The notes: generated by a model not told the origin, from the sequence alone. DNA of 63,969 bases, filler included, from Choristocarpus tenellus KU-1152 (GCA_964200185.2; 6 parts of 6 records of this genome joined end to end with filler, not necessarily neighbours in it), one strand, 5' to 3'; shown: positions 15,801 through 29,550, counted from the first letter of the whole stretch. A program made the numbers and translations.

Positions 15801-18800
15801 TGAACAAGAGGCTCCTAGACCAGACTGTTGAGGTTTTGGAATGTCGACCAGGTAAGATGTAGGTTTGTATACCATAATGGCATAATGTCAGTAACTAGCA
15901 CATGGTTTTTCCTGTCGTCAGACGAGGTTATAACACCAAAGATTAGCACAGAGCCAAAGTAAACAAGGCGTACCCAGATTTTGTTCGTTTTACATTTTAA
16001 GTCAGTTTTTCAATCTTTTTCAATTCTCTCATATTTGTAAGGAAGAAGTGTTAAGGTTGACTTAAGAGCACTGATTTCTTTATTTTTTGAAAATTTGCGA
16101 CTGAAATCAGAGAAAAGGCCCTTTACTCATTTGTGCATAAAGTCGAATTTTGCAGATAGTTATCAACATCCTCGAAATGCAACTCTGGGTACTTCTCGAT
16201 TACTTTGGCTAACACCCAAAAGGCTGAACACCAAAATCAAACCTACCCCAGAGCGACCCAACCCATTGCCTTCAAGGCAAACTCCAACCTGTAGACAAAT
16301 CCAAATCATTGAAACATCTCGATGCGAATCTTACCCTATGATTTTTTCCATATCGCAACCACAATACCAATTGATTTAATATAAGCATTCAATCGATACA
16401 CACATACACACACACATACACACACACATACACACACAAATCCGATCACAGGTAGTCCGTCCTATGCTCACGGCCGCCCCAGTTACCCACAACTTTGGAG
16501 GTGTGCATACAGAGGCCTCCTTGATGTTGTTTCCTTCAGCCTCTGTTCCTGCATCATGCAAAATGAGCCACAAGGTCAAGGGGGGTATTGGTTTCACACC
16601 TCCCGGTCAGGGCATGTTCTTCCTTGCCAACCCCACGGTAGTAGATGCAGAATGGTCACTCTGCCATTGCCCTCGCCCAACAGCACGGTATGAGAGTTTG
16701 TCGTGTTCATTGGATGGAGCGGTAGCTAGCAAGGACGATGTGACTGTAGACGACCCCTCAGTGTTTGTCTTCAAGGAAGTAAGGGGAACTATACGAGGCA
16801 TGGGACTTCCGCTGGGATCATCAGCAGCCTGCTTACCGGAGGATGTCAACAGGTTGCAGGTAAGACACAGAATGGATAGCAGTAGCCCTCCAATGTGCCG
16901 TAGCCACTTTTTTTTCTGATTTTTTTTGTTGTTTATTTCAAACAAATTGTTGTGTGCATGTGGGAAAAATCAATAGGGAACTAACGCAAAGATATATGCA
17001 CAAATAATTTTGAAGTACACCATGCTGCAAACTCATGCATTGAATTCACATGCCGTAGAAAGCACTACAAACTAGGGGGTACTCCGTATTGAGTGAAAGT
17101 ATCTCAAAGGGTACGAATTTTTCCCTGTTTGTCCATTTGGGGTTTGGTTTCCCTTGGGTCATTTTAAGACATTTCCCTACTCAAAAATGTTTAGGAGTAG
17201 GTAAAATGTATACATTATGAAACGTGGTGTCCAGAACATGGACATTGACACTACCTAACAAACACGATAGCCAAAATCACATCAAAACCGTACTCTACCC
17301 TCTAAGATACTTTGGCTCATTTTCACTCAATGCCCTAGTCAATCCATGCCCAAAGAAGGAAAAAGGTCACAGATATTAAAGCACAAATTCTGTCTTCTTG
17401 ATCTATCCTTACTTCATCTCCTGCTCTGTTTATCTCATCATCATTGTTGTAATTTTCTTGCTGAGATCGACACCTTTGTTACCCATGTCTGTGTGAGCCC
17501 TGCCAAGATTAGGGTTAGGGAATGTACGAAAAAGGCAGTGCATCAATAGAATGGCCTCTATGTCACATAGAGTCATATGATCGAGGAATATCCTCTCCTT
17601 CGATTTCTGCATCACATACCTTGCCTTCATTCTGTTAGATACCCCTTCCCCCATCCCCATTCTACATCTTACTCTGTTGTCAAACCTTACCTTCATTCAA
17701 TCAGGAGGCATGTTGGAGCCAGATCCCCACACGGGTGACATGGGGGGGAACACAAGGAAGTCCTATTCAACTCCAATCGCGATGTAAGGGCAAGGGGGAG
17801 GAGCAGCAGAGCGCCAGAGCGGAGGAACCGGGGAGAGGGTCACCCTTTGGTGCTGCTACACTAGACTTGGAGACTTCTATAAAGTCCCGCTTGACAACAG
17901 AAGAGGGGAGGAGTGTACCTTATCCCCTGCAAGTAAGAACCACTACAGCATGAATAATTGCCAATGTTTGCTCCTCATGCCATTTTACCATCTGACTGTG
18001 TCAAATTCTTGGTGGAGTACAATTGCCTACAATATCTTGTCGGCACCCAGTCATTGGAAAGGTTGCCAAGAACAAAGAAGCATTCTCATGCATAGTTAAC
18101 AAGGTATTGAACCAGTTGAAGTTTATGCAGCTTTTGTATCAGCACATTTTTTTGTGTATGTATTAAGTCTGACATCACAAAAAAAATTGGCATTTGCGTC
18201 TACTGCATTGCATAGTAGCAGTATTATTCTACCAAATTCTGGACCAGGATCAGATGACCGGATGGATTTCCTAACACTTTGAAGTATGTCATTTAAGGAG
18301 CGACATTGAACTATTATAACATCTCTTAGCCATTATCCTTATGCACCTGTGTCAGGAAGACTTGTGTGGGCAGCGAAGTAATGAACGGTAATAGTGCCAT
18401 TGTATAGCATTTATTGTTGATTTCATTACCATAATTGAAGGTGTTACGTCACAGTTACCATGAATTTTCAACTACATGGACCAAGAGAGGCTCAATACCC
18501 TAAGGATGGGGGGGGAAGTTCTCCATGTAGTAATATTAATAATGAGCAAGTCACATCGGGGATAACCAAACGGGAAAGGGGCAAGGTTGGGGTTTGGATT
18601 AATAATGTTTAACACCAATATAACAGTTTTATTACATTGTACCACTAAGATGCCTTGGCCTGCAACCTCCTTTGCCCCCTAAATCTCACTCATGACGCCT
18701 GTCACATGTAAAGCTGTTGTGTTCAAAGCAGACTGCCTTGCCATGCATATACCTACACTGCAATCTACCCACAACCACATTGTAAAGGTGCAATTCATGC

Positions 18801-18931
18801 CAATCAACAATGTACGCTATAAGAGCCGGTTCTGCTTCAACGTCAGAGGAGGCGAGGGGGTAGAGGTTGTGCTCGAGGGCTGTGGGACTCATGAGGAGAA
18901 CGGGCGTCTTGAAAAACCTCCAAGGGTATAA
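863..18931 (+). CDS. DLEC1: DLEC1 / CFAP81 (flagellar central-apparatus protein), 3' part of a multi-exon gene; 5' exons lie before the window
   Basis: Hand-spliced, mostly phase-compatible exons: 863-941, 1822-1941, 2124-2252, 2541-2627, 2949-~3143, ~3401-3609, ~4112-4308, 4625-4756, 5384-5541, 6574-6675, 8090-8221, 8536-~8629, 10654-10907, 12581-12832, 13687-14271, 15094-15183, 16452-16859, 17705-17932, 18788-18931 (TAA). Peptides HGVAFLVEPSMGTLAPWGCREVTITAYNDTPGVYKDIVECLLVG, LPLNWTVKGSPL..LLSFGQVFVNGGKSTRVIKVKNDG, ACRVYGMALPLGF, VDDPSVFVF and the C-terminal VQFMP..YKSRFCFNVRGGEGVEVVLEGCGTHEE resemble the DLEC1 C-terminal half as I recall it. Boundaries marked ~ are uncertain. Confidence 0.8.
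5757..6015. mobile_element. MITE family A (about 257 bp, GAG..CTC termini) in a DLEC1 intron
   Basis: TIRs GAGCCAAACTACCTTGGAGGGTA / TACCCTCTAAGATACTTTCACTC; 3-bp TSD AAA; similar to nine other copies in the window. Confidence 0.9.
7314..7416. mobile_element. MITE family B with an internal 10-N assembly gap (7383-7392)
   Basis: GGCTCAAAGTATCTGGGGG ... CCCAGATACTTTGGGTC, flanked by TCTA on both sides. Confidence 0.85.
11222..11406. mobile_element. MITE family B in a DLEC1 intron
   Basis: GACCCAGATTATCTGGGA ... TCCCAGATACTTTGAGCC, flanked by TTT(T). Confidence 0.85.
16020..16210. repeat. old dispersed repeat; diverged copy at about 24400-24590
   Basis: GGAAGAAGTGTTAAGGTTGACTTAAGAGCACTGATTTCT..AAATGCAACTCTGGGTAC aligns by eye with GGATGAAGTGCTAAGTTTGAGTTGAGAGCATTGATTTCT..AAATGCAACTCTGGTTAC. 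Boundaries are approximate. Confidence 0.6.
16397..16438. repeat. interrupted (CA)n microsatellite just upstream of a splice acceptor
   Basis: TACACACA(TACACACACACA)n read directly. Confidence 0.9.
17091..17318. mobile_element. MITE family A, internally deleted copy (228 bp)
   Basis: GAGTGAAAGTATCTCAAAGGGTAC ... TACCCTCTAAGATACTTTGGCTC; TSD ATT. Confidence 0.9.
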
Positions 18932-19188
18932 ATATGCTGTGCTCCAGACAATTTCACTGTACTCTTCAGCGAGTAGAAAGGAATGAGGGCCACAATTTCG
19001 TGGTGAAGATGTTTCTTTTGTGTTAGGAAGGATGGTCGCTGGGGAAGACGTTGGGGAGATAGGTTGGATCTCATAGGGACAAGATAAGGTGTGGGAATAG
19101 AATGAAAACAGTTCAAATACGATACTAAAGGAGAGCACATGCAACTTGGAGTGGTGGTGAACCGCAAGGAGATTCCCATTCCGCAAAA

Positions 19189-22100
19189 TCAATCTACCTG
19201 AAACCGCAGCCTGGATCCTGTGCACACATTTCTCGAAAACCCAAAACATTGTTGCAGCTGACATCGGATTAGATCTTCTTTGATGTGTGTAGCGTGCACT
19301 ATAGCTACTTCGGTCACTGAGTTGAATTGCAGGTGCCAACTATGAGTGCATATGGACGTTTTTTTTGCTTGTATCTCCTCTCGAGTCAACACTAACCATT
19401 TCAACAAGCCAGTGCATGATGAAGTCAAAAGCAATGCAGCCGTAAGCGTGATTGCCAACATTGACATACTACAAAAAAGACCCATAGTTACTAGGTCAAA
19501 GTATCTGGGGGGGGGTGTCGGCGTCCGTTTTTCGCCCTTTTTTCGATTTGCACTTTTTTGGTATGATTTGGTCGCACGTGTCGGGTTTGAAATGTCAGCC
19601 AAAAAAAGAGTTGTTTGACCGAAATGGACGCCCCCTCACAAACCACCCCCCACCCCCAGATACTTTGACCCTACTTAGAGGGGGAAATGTTTAGCCCAGG
19701 TTGTCTATTCGGGGCTTGATGGGGTGTTGTATGATACTCTAGTTTGGTACCCGTTTTGCAGGTGAGTTTCCTGTGGCTTCAGTTCAGACAGGGGGGTAGA
19801 AAAGAAATGTGCATTCAGATGAAGGAAATTGTCCTTACATCCGATGCGTTCACTCAGATGACATGAAAACCAATACAAGTGAACACAGGCCCCGAATAGA
19901 AGCCCGACCCCACCCCCCCTCTAGGATACTATGGACCTAAGTGCTGAGAGAAAAATCCTCTCAACTTCCTTTATCGTGAGAAACCAATGAGTAACATGCT
20001 TCTCTAGTTCTCTTTTAGCCTTATATGTTAAGTGTAGTTTGGAACATGGGTGTGGTACTTTATTCTGCACAGATGAACACAGATCTAGACCGCCATACAT
20101 GAATAAAATTGTTCCAGCATGAGTACTGTAGATTTTTGCAAGGAAAAAAATGCTACAAAGGTAAGCAGCAACCTACAGGAACCCCTCAGTAATATCTCCA
20201 TTAGGAAGAGCTTCTGCTCTTGACCTTATTATCACTCCCTATTGTTTCATTGCATTCACCATCATATGAAGCGCAATATTCCACCATTTGTGTTTTGATC
20301 CAAAATCTGCTGTACTCTACAAGCTTGTTGACGTATCAATATTGCAGCATTTAACAAAGAATATAGAGTTGAGTCCAAATAAATACAATATGCTGTCAAA
20401 ACCAAGGAGGAACACACTACCTGCAAGATTTACGATGTAAAGCTTTATCGACTTGAAAAACAAAATAAATTCAATCAAACTTTAGGCGCACAAAGCATAA
20501 CACTCCAAAATATCCACAGGTCCCAACAGGCAGATCCGAGGTCAAGAATGCGTAGTGAGTTGTGGGTGGTGACACCTTGAAATGAATGTATCGTTCTGCG
20601 ACCTCTGACACATTCAGTCACATTTCTGTTCGTATCTGTGATAAACAACTAAAAAAATTGAAGCCGATTGAACTGCGTAGTTCATAACACTAGAAATTCA
20701 ATCTTTTTATGGTTGGTATCCCTTGCTTTGAGTGGGAAAATCTAGGTAGGGGAAGTCCTATCCTTTTTTAATTAATATTAAAAAAACTGTGTTTTCCCCA
20801 AATATAGGATGAATAAGTGGTTGGCGTCTATAAAGAACGTTTGCACCCTTCCAATCTGGTAGACCTATAATGGATCAACTCTGCGAGTCGCCTCAATAAT
20901 ATGGTTTCAAGACCCACCCTTGCTACAATAGTTGGAGCTTTTACTCCTTTCCCTCGGCAAAGACTGTACAGCCCCCCCCTGTGCCTTTCTTCTTCGTGCT
21001 GTTCGTCCAATGTGACTGTGTAGGGACGGATGCTCTCCTTCTTCTCATATTACTCCAGCAAAGCCCAAACGTGTTTCCCAGGAACCCCACCCCGCTAATC
21101 CTCACCTCCTCAACCTGCTGGAGCGCAGGGGCTCTACAAACTAGTAGATCTTCCTCTTTCGTCCCCAGCACAGTCCCCTACTTGATACTCACACACATAA
21201 TTGTGCCCTGCAGTACTCCATCCTCGCAATAGAAAGTTGACAGTAGCCCATTATGGTTTAGTTCAGTAGGACACCGCAGGAGTACATACATGGATTATCA
21301 GTCGAGAGCATTGTCGAACAATTTGCCTGAGTCCGTGTAATTCTGTCGGCAAAGCAAAAAGAAGTTACACAAGTTGAGGTGCAAGGATCAAGCATACAAG
21401 AGGGAGTTGGTAGGGATACCCAGGAGAGAAGTGAAAGAGCATCTTCGCCATTTTGGTCTAGTAAACAGACACTAGCACAGTGAAACAAGTAGAGCTCAGA
21501 CCTCACTCCCAGTTCAGTCTAGGTGGTTGTATTGGTTAGAATATTGATCCTGCACCTCTGACGGCCAACATTTTCCACGCATTAGTAGGTCCAATGAAGG
21601 AAAAATCCCATGCGCCCACGTAGACCTTGAACAAGACCCTTACGTTGTCCATCTTGAGTGACATGATTTGATTGCAAAGGTGTTCTGCGTCGGGACAATT
21701 GCCTGTAAGTCCTACTTTCTGGCACCTTGAGAGGGACCTCATCATAATGGGAACGATTGTGGCAAAGAGGCGAACAGTGCTGTACTGATATCAAACTTTG
21801 TTTGTCATGGGTACTGTGTACAACCCAAACCAAATATCCACAATAGATATACTCGTCTGCCCGGTGTGTGTCACCTAGTGCAAGGAAAGGCAAGCACCGT
21901 ACTAGTGTAATGATTTTGTTCACAGCAGCATGATGTCTGGATGGTGAAGACCTCCACTTCCTACAACAACATGCGTAGACAAAAAACCGTGGTAATCCCA
22001 TCTGTAGAGGCGCTGATATATGTAGTGTCTGGAAACCTGGTGTTGAAGGGTTCAGGGACCTAATGCAGGATACCTAATTGTGAGCGCCAAGTGTGCATGA

Positions 22101-25100
22101 GAGGGAGGCACTAAAGAGATGTCGACCTTGGATCATGCTCACTGTTGTGAAGCGTTAGTTCCACAACGGTAGTTGTTGACGCTTCAATAAAAAATATTAT
22201 CCATACACTCTGAAGAGAAATAGTGATCCCTCGAAATATATATACTTCAGAGTACTTTTTTATATTCCCACTGATATTTTACACCTCACTACTGTTATGC
22301 TTTATACTCCATTGTTCCAAACCTAGACGTCCTTTCGACATACCATGTGTCCATTTTTCTCAGCAAAACAAACATTGAGGTAAAATACATAGCCATAGGC
22401 CCCCCCTTCGCCCAATGTTGGTCGTCACCTTAATCTGTCCCCAAGTACTGTTTAAGATGAAAAACAAAACTGAAGATGGTTGGTTAGTCCTCATCCCACA
22501 TGGAATTGTGTATGTCGATCTCTAGAGGGGGTGGTTCTCTTGGGTGTTACCCTGAATGTCATAAGCTGGTGCGTTAGCCAGACCCTACCTAGTACACAGC
22601 ACACCCGATAAGGAGGATGCTCTTCACTTAAACTCCTCTGTTGCATGTTCGACCTGAACTGGAGAAGGTCTAAGTAGAACAAAATCCCATTCCTCTCTCA
22701 AAAACAAACCGAACAACCAAACGGAACAAAGTAACGACCAGAGGATACCAAGAGAAGAAAAGGCACTGGAAAGAGGTCTTGAAATACAAAACAGTATACC
22801 CAGGTTCTCAGCAAGTACGGTCAGTCCCCGATACAAAAAATGTAGCCAGATTTGTGAACACAACTTGACTCACTACACTGGATCCCTTTCTTGAGCACAT
22901 TGGGTTCCCAAGAGCACAAAGCACCAAATAACATGCAAGGAAGTGATATTAAGAGGCAGCAGAACAGGTTGTACTCCATATGCGATATTTGAAGCTTGTG
23001 CAACCACTATCCAATTAGGATCGCACGTACACAGTACAGATACAGCTGCAGTCGTAGTAGTGAATGAAACCCAAGCAACAGTACTTTCCAAGAACTCTCA
23101 CTGCATACATCCCGACCCCGGCAAGTAGCTACATCTTAGCCCCCAAAGTGTCCATTCTAGTAAACAATCCACACAATATGTGCGTGTATTCTTTGAAAAA
23201 CATGAAGCTCAATTCTAGACTTGTCTAGTAAAAATTGAGAACAAGATAACAACTATGCTTGGAATAATAGATAGTCAAAAGATAACCTCTGTACCTATTA
23301 TTCCACCGTTATCCACCCTTGTATGTTACAGGGGATATTAGGCAAATGTTACAATCCTTAGCAGTTTGAAAATTGGCGTGCCCATTCTTATTGCCACTAC
23401 CAAGTCACTACCATATCGACAGTGGTCCCCAATATTTCACCTGTGGCCTGTATCTGTGAAAACACTTTGCTTTAGTAACAGTGAGTCATAATTTGAAATG
23501 GTTTGTAGGTAGAGCTCTACTCCGCTAATAAAATTATCTGATGACACACGCTATAGGGACATCATCAACCACTCTGGAACGCTCAGCAGAAATCTGCACC
23601 ACCTCCGCTGAATTTGGAAAATCCCTACCAATTGTTATATTTATGGTCAAATGAGGTTGTCGCTCCTGACATTCTGGGGGACTACAGGAACAAGGGAGAG
23701 AATCCATACTCCCATTCTGTTGAGGAGACACACCAAACTCATCCCTGTCCAAAAGTTTCCATGCCACATAAACACCTGCCGAGGGAGCAACATTACACCG
23801 CACAGGCAGCACAGCTGTTTAAGGATGGTCATAAAAATCCAGGACATCTTGTGGAAGAATCCTTTACATTATGGCCAACGTCACAGGGACGTAAGCGAGG
23901 ACATCAAGGGAGTGATAAGACAATCACATAAACAAGAACCAAGACTTACACAGGTCCATTGTTTCATCCACGCTTGGTGGTTTCCCCCATTTTTTCATCT
24001 GTTCCGTTTTTGAGAGTGATTGTTGTTGCTGACCATATTTTTTAATCTTCACGCATGCTATTGCACCGAATGCCTACACCTCTTCCCCCTCTTTTTCGAC
24101 CCATCCATCTGCTCCCAGATTTTTATGAGAGCTCATCTGGTCTATATTCAATGTGTCCTGTACCCAGTACGCAATTTATCCCAACAACCGTTTCCTTCAC
24201 AAGTTTATGGGCAGTTGAGGAATGGTCGGTGGCATCAACCAGAGTTGAAGAGGCGCAAGGTAGGACTTAGCTAGGCACACTGCACTAAAGTATCAATTGT
24301 TTCGCCCTGAAGTGTGAAATAGGCTACCACTCCTTCACTGTGAGCCAATGTTACCCAGGTTTCGACCGTTTTGCTTTTGAAGCCAATCTTTAATATTTCA
24401 CAATCCACCCATAATTCTATGGATGAAGTGCTAAGTTTGAGTTGAGAGCATTGATTTCTATATTGTTCGAAAAATTTCAAAACAATTCAGAACATTTCCA
24501 ATACGCACTTGAAAAAATAGATAAATTTCTCACATATTTGTCAGCATCCTTAAAATGCAACTCTGGTTACCTCTCATTTACTTTGAATTTGAATGGCTGA
24601 AAAAACCTGCTGCTGACAGAGTTCTGGAATATCAAGGTTACAATTATGTTTTTTGAAACGAACATAGTATCGATTTCAAGCAACCTTTGTGGGGAAAAAA
24701 TGGTACACTAGAAACATGGGCAACACAATATTTGTACAAGTAGAGATATCAATAGGATACCAGGATACCATTGATGATATAGAGAATGTGTAGATACATA
24801 CATGTACGTAGGCAACGCATTGTCTTACATATTGAGGGAGGTTCGTGTGTTCTACTCAATGTCTGGTCTTCTTCGGCAGGTGAGGGTCTTGGAGTGTGTG
24901 GTGCGATGTCAGAGCATGACATGAACAATGCACTGTAGCCAATAAAAAGACAAAAGTCTGCAACCTTGTTCCACATTCTTCAATGGTGGGTGCCATGTGC
25001 AAAATCCATACAAATGCTATGTATATTCAAATGCTCAGTGCAATAGGTAATGCTAGTGCACGCAAGTCAGTACCCTGCATATGAGGCTGAATCGTTGGGA

Positions 25101-27141
25101 TCCAATAGGTAACCGACAATGAATACCTTCCCATGGGATGCAGACCCAAAACAATTGAGAGGGCAGGTTTGCACCCCTTTGCATGCTAAGTCATATTTCT
25201 TAACCTGTGCAATACACTCATTCTGTATCATTGGTACATGTGGACAATAGTGTACACAAAATTGATATCCTCCCTTTCCACACACAAAATAACATTACAA
25301 TTCAGCAAAGGCTCTTTTTGTAATCGTACAATATATATTTTTTTGAATATTTTTCTCTTTCTCGAGACCCTTCAAATACAACCTTGCCTACCTCTCAGTT
25401 GATTTGACTCTGCAGTAAAATGCTCGATTAATCTAGGGGTTCCACAACCTCACCACCATCTGTGAAAACAGAGAGGGGGGGGCACTACATTGTCCAAATG
25501 AATAAATAGCAGCATCAACATTCGCACTGGTACCTACCTATGGAGTGGGTACATGAAGAGAAGGTTGGGGTTTTGGTAGGTAGTTTTCAGGTAGGAATGT
25601 AGACGGTAAGATATTTCTCTCCTCCTGAAACCACTCCAAAACAGAAGTAATTGCGATATTTCTGGGCGAAATGAGGAGCAAAGATTTTGAATGCACCTTC
25701 ACAGTCCACAGCACTCTCAAATAGCTTTGCACTGCTGAGGTGAGTCAAAAAGTGGAAGTATCATCATGGGCATATCCTTAATAGGACCTTGATCTATAAA
25801 TCGATGTGAGCATAATGACCAAATCAAATTCCACCATTTACTCAACTGTCTGATGACAGATTATATAGTTACTGCAGAAGAAACACCATCAGTAGTAGTA
25901 AAGAGTGTCGAAACATGTTGACAGGAGTAAATACAACCCAATCACATCCGTGTACTACTTGCTGCACCAGGCCACCTTGTTTGTTAAGTGAAGGTTGGAG
26001 TGCACAGTAGAATGCAAGTTGCCATGAAAATGATAGATTAAACTGATGAGTGATCAAATTGAGAGAATAAATCAAATACAACAGTCAAATTTATCACGAG
26101 GGTGCACCCACGAGAAACAATATTTGGTAGTATCATTTAAGCAAGAAATATCGTCCAAAACTTGACTATAAATCATGATGATCAACACATGTTGTTCATG
26201 GAGCGTGGAGTGGTACCAGGGGTCCATCCACAACCAAACTAAGATATTCACCACCACAAAGTAAATACTGCTACTTCTACCCTGTAAAATGGGGGAGTTG
26301 CATATATAGAGGGGGGGGCATAGTGATTATATTCTATCCTATCTATCTTCTTGGTAAATTATCAGCACCCAATGCTCCAACAAAAAATCGGTCCTTATCA
26401 CTGTGCCATAATTGGCAAGCACACAACAATACGGATACTCCTTCCACCACGCATAACAGATAAGATCAGTAGGCCCTGTCCCCTTTCTGCCAAATAATTC
26501 ACTAAAATCCCGTTTAGACATGAAGCGCACAGTTTTGCCATACCCCGGATCAGTCCAAAAGGCATCAATGAGCCAAATTATCTTAGAGGGTAGAGTCGCG
26601 TCCATTTGGGGGCCAAAATCGAATGTTGCGATTTTGAGGTAGTTTTAGATATCGTGTTTGTTAGGAAGTGTCAATATCCTTGTTCCGGATACACCTCTTC
26701 ATAACGTACACATTATACTACTCCAAAACATTTTGGACCAGGAAAATGCCATTAAAAAAATCATGGGAAACCAGAATCCAAATGGAAAACAAGGCAAAAC
26801 TCGTTCTAAGATACTTTCTCGCCAATCGGACAACTAGGCACCCTCACCTGCCACGAAGACAGTAGCCAAGGAAACAACAAATACTGCCTTTTTTTCGCCT
26901 CTCCTTGCCATGACTCTTTGTGGGTGGACTCTTCACCAGCCACGATTTTCGGTTCCAGAGGGGTCAGTGGCTCGGCAATCCAATGATCCACTGACTGTGC
27001 CTCCCTGCTTGTGTGCGAAGGGTATATCGTGGGAGCGGCAGTATAGAAATCTTTAAGTAATATTAATGAGTACTCTGTGCTTTTCCAGTCAACTAATTCT
27101 TCTTGGGTGTGCGAAACAGCTACTTGCCGACTTCCTTCCAT
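19189..27141 (-). CDS. possible multi-exon gene of unknown function, convergent with DLEC1
   Basis: Several minus-strand segments are bounded by pyrimidine-rich AG acceptors and GT donors, e.g. GVQTCPLNCFGSASHGKVFIVGYLLDPNDSASYAG (~25074-25177) joining in phase to ALFMSCSDIAPH.. (~24829-24933), GVYVAWKLLDRDEFG.. (~23630-23775), GTVLGTKEEDLLVCRAPALQQVEE (~21106-21177) and a candidate last exon ..TEVAIVHATHIKEDLIRCQLQQCFGFSR..FQVD* (19189-19316). No family recognised and the model is incomplete. Confidence 0.3.
19479..19937. mobile_element. related MITE (family D) whose left TIR is interrupted by a family C copy
   Basis: Reconstructed left end GACCCATAGTTACTTAGAGGGGG versus right end CCCCCCTCTAGGATACTATGGACC; subterminal inverted pair TCTATTCGGGGC / GCCCCGAATAGA. 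Confidence 0.55.
19493..19671. mobile_element. MITE family C (GGGTC..GACCC-type termini)
   Basis: AGGTCAAAGTATCTGGGGG ... CCCCCAGATACTTTGACCC, flanked by TACT on both sides. Confidence 0.85.
26570..26823. mobile_element. MITE family A, degenerate right end
   Basis: GAGCCAAATTATCTTAGAGGGTAGAG...CTAAGATACTTTCTCGCC; probable TSD AAT. Confidence 0.85.
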
Positions 27142-27495
27142 TCAATGTATGTACTTCGTAGAACATGATCTCCATTAACACGTCTTCACTACGCTTAATG
27201 TTTCGTAGAGCGAGTACTTTGCAACTTCTTCTGTACTAGAGGGTATAACTGCAGAATGTTATACTCCGTATGCACAGGCAAACCTGAGGCCTAATACCAA
27301 ATCGAACCCTGTGTAACCCTGTTAGGAACCAGATCTGTATTATGATATAGAAGTGATTTCCATTCCATGAGAACTCTGCATCGAAAGCATAGGCGCGGAG
27401 TATGCGTAAAGGAAGGAGCAGAGGGGTATCATATTCCAGACAATATATATTCCTTCTCCTCCCACGAGGCGGGTAATTGTGTGGACAAGTCGAAT

Positions 27496-27671
27496 GGCTC
27501 AAAGAATCTCGGGGGGAGGTGTCGGCTGTCCATTCGGGGCCCATTTTCCATGTTGCGATTTTGTGACATTTGGCTCCATGCGTCGAATGGATAACGTAGG
27601 TGCACCTCTCAAGTTCAAGGCCCAAATTTTCACCCTGGTGTAGAACCCGCCCCTCGCAGATACTTCGAGAC
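27496..27671. mobile_element. MITE family B
   Basis: GGCTCAAAGAATCTCGGGG ... CTCGCAGATACTTCGAGAC; TSD AAT. Confidence 0.85.
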
Positions 27672-28238
27672 AATACCTACACAACACGCATGGTGTGCGC
27701 AGTGCTACTCTTCGGGTGTACTCCATACGTCGACCGAAGAAGTTGGAGCTTGTTGCAGGTACATACAACGACCAAACTGACCGTCACGACTGAAGTGGAT
27801 ACAACGATGGCTCTAGCCAACAACCCATACCACCGTCAACACGTCAGAGAGGGATTGTACCGTGGCAGATTAAAAATGGGGTGGAGTTGATGTTTGGGTG
27901 AAAGACTTGCCGATACATTTATGTTCTTGGGGGGGGTGGAACTATGGCTGGGAATGATCGCACACAACCTCGCAGTTCAAATGGCATCGCTGTATACTAC
28001 AATCGTCGCTAACTCTACTACTCCCTATCTGCTTTCGGAAGCAATCACCGCGTGTTTCACCTGTGTGTCCTGGTGTGGTGTGTAGGAGTTGTCTGGTGTG
28101 GCGAGTGGGTGACTAAACTAAAGAAAAGAACAATATATACAGTAGCATTTTCTATATATATTAACTCCAAACTATAAAAAGAATATTGGGGTTGAAGTTG
28201 TTTGTGTATAGTATAAATTTTAGTAAATGATAGTTTAT

Positions 28239-28292
28239 GCGTCAGTGGTTAAGGTGGTGGAGGTGCCTTAATTCAGGTGGTTCGAACACCTT
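28239..28292 (+). other. tRNA-like Pol III promoter remnant (A box and B box), possible SINE head
   Basis: TCAGTGGTTAAG (A-box-like) followed about 25 nt later by GGTTCGAACACC (B-box-like); no complete cloverleaf. Confidence 0.3.
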
Positions 28293-29550
28293 CCATGTAT
28301 TCTTTCCAATAAAATTTTGGATTCGATAACGGGAATTCCACACATGACAATAAAAGACTAATGGTACAACCTATATTCTTAAAGCAAAAATGCTGGACCA
28401 AGATCAAGGTTTAAACTTCGGGTGGGGTGTGGGGGAACATTGGAGGGAGGAGACCAATCGACGAACACGGGAGTGCTAAACCCAACCACCAATAGCCGGG
28501 CGTGAACAAAGGGAATACAATTATTCGTTGTACAAAAATTAGTCATTGTGAAGTGCCTCTGATCACGGATGGGGATCATGTCCGACGAATGGAAAAAAAA
28601 GTATAGTATATATGTTTGTAACAACTGTTCTGTCATTGTGCTAAGACTAAATTGTGTCCCCTTTATTTGTTCGTGACTTCTCGCATGCTGGGTTCAGCCA
28701 TCTCTTCACTTGTCACTCAGCCTCCTCCCTCGAATCTTGTGCTGGAACTCCCGGGCACTCCACCACGATGAAGGCCTTGCCACCTCGTTCTTGATCTGGC
28801 GTTTTTGTGGCATTTGCGAGAAATTTAATGATATTATTGCTATTGTTACGTACCACATACATAGTACAGGTTCATGACATTGGTGCTTGCCCCGCGGACT
28901 TCAAATCATCGACACCAGATTTCCATCGGAAGAAATCTGGTACCGAAGGATGGTTCGGACCTGCGAAACACATGCGGGGAAGAAAACAGACTTCTTATTC
29001 TTAGCCACTGAGACAGCATACTAAACTACGATAGTTGTAAGTATCGTACGATGTGAACCGGTGGATATTGATGGGTATCATTAAATCGTCCCCCATCCCT
29101 TCCTCCTGTATGATAAGTGTAAGGTCACACCACCTCAATTCCCTTACACTCTGGAGGATACATATCTATAGCTGTTTCTATATATCGGAAAAAATGAAAA
29201 CCCTTGGAATTTTCGTCTTAACTTGTTTTTTCCTGGAAATATTTGAAGAGATCGCGAAGCTCACTCTCATGTGATTTAGGGCGCGACAGCAATGTTGCTA
29301 TTTACTCAGGCAGCCAGCCAGCTACCAGCCAAGCCAGATCGAGCGTCCATGGTTTATTATGGAGGTAATGGCAACGATTAAGACCAGGGTTGAAGGTAGA
29401 GATAAAATTAGGGAAAAGTGAAGAGGTTGTCTCCTATGGATGGGAGGCATATCTCTACCCTACATAGGAGATATATATTCGATTAGACTCTTGTAACTCT
29501 ATCGGACAGTTACGGTAAAATATGTACGGAGTAATGGAACAATCAATTAG

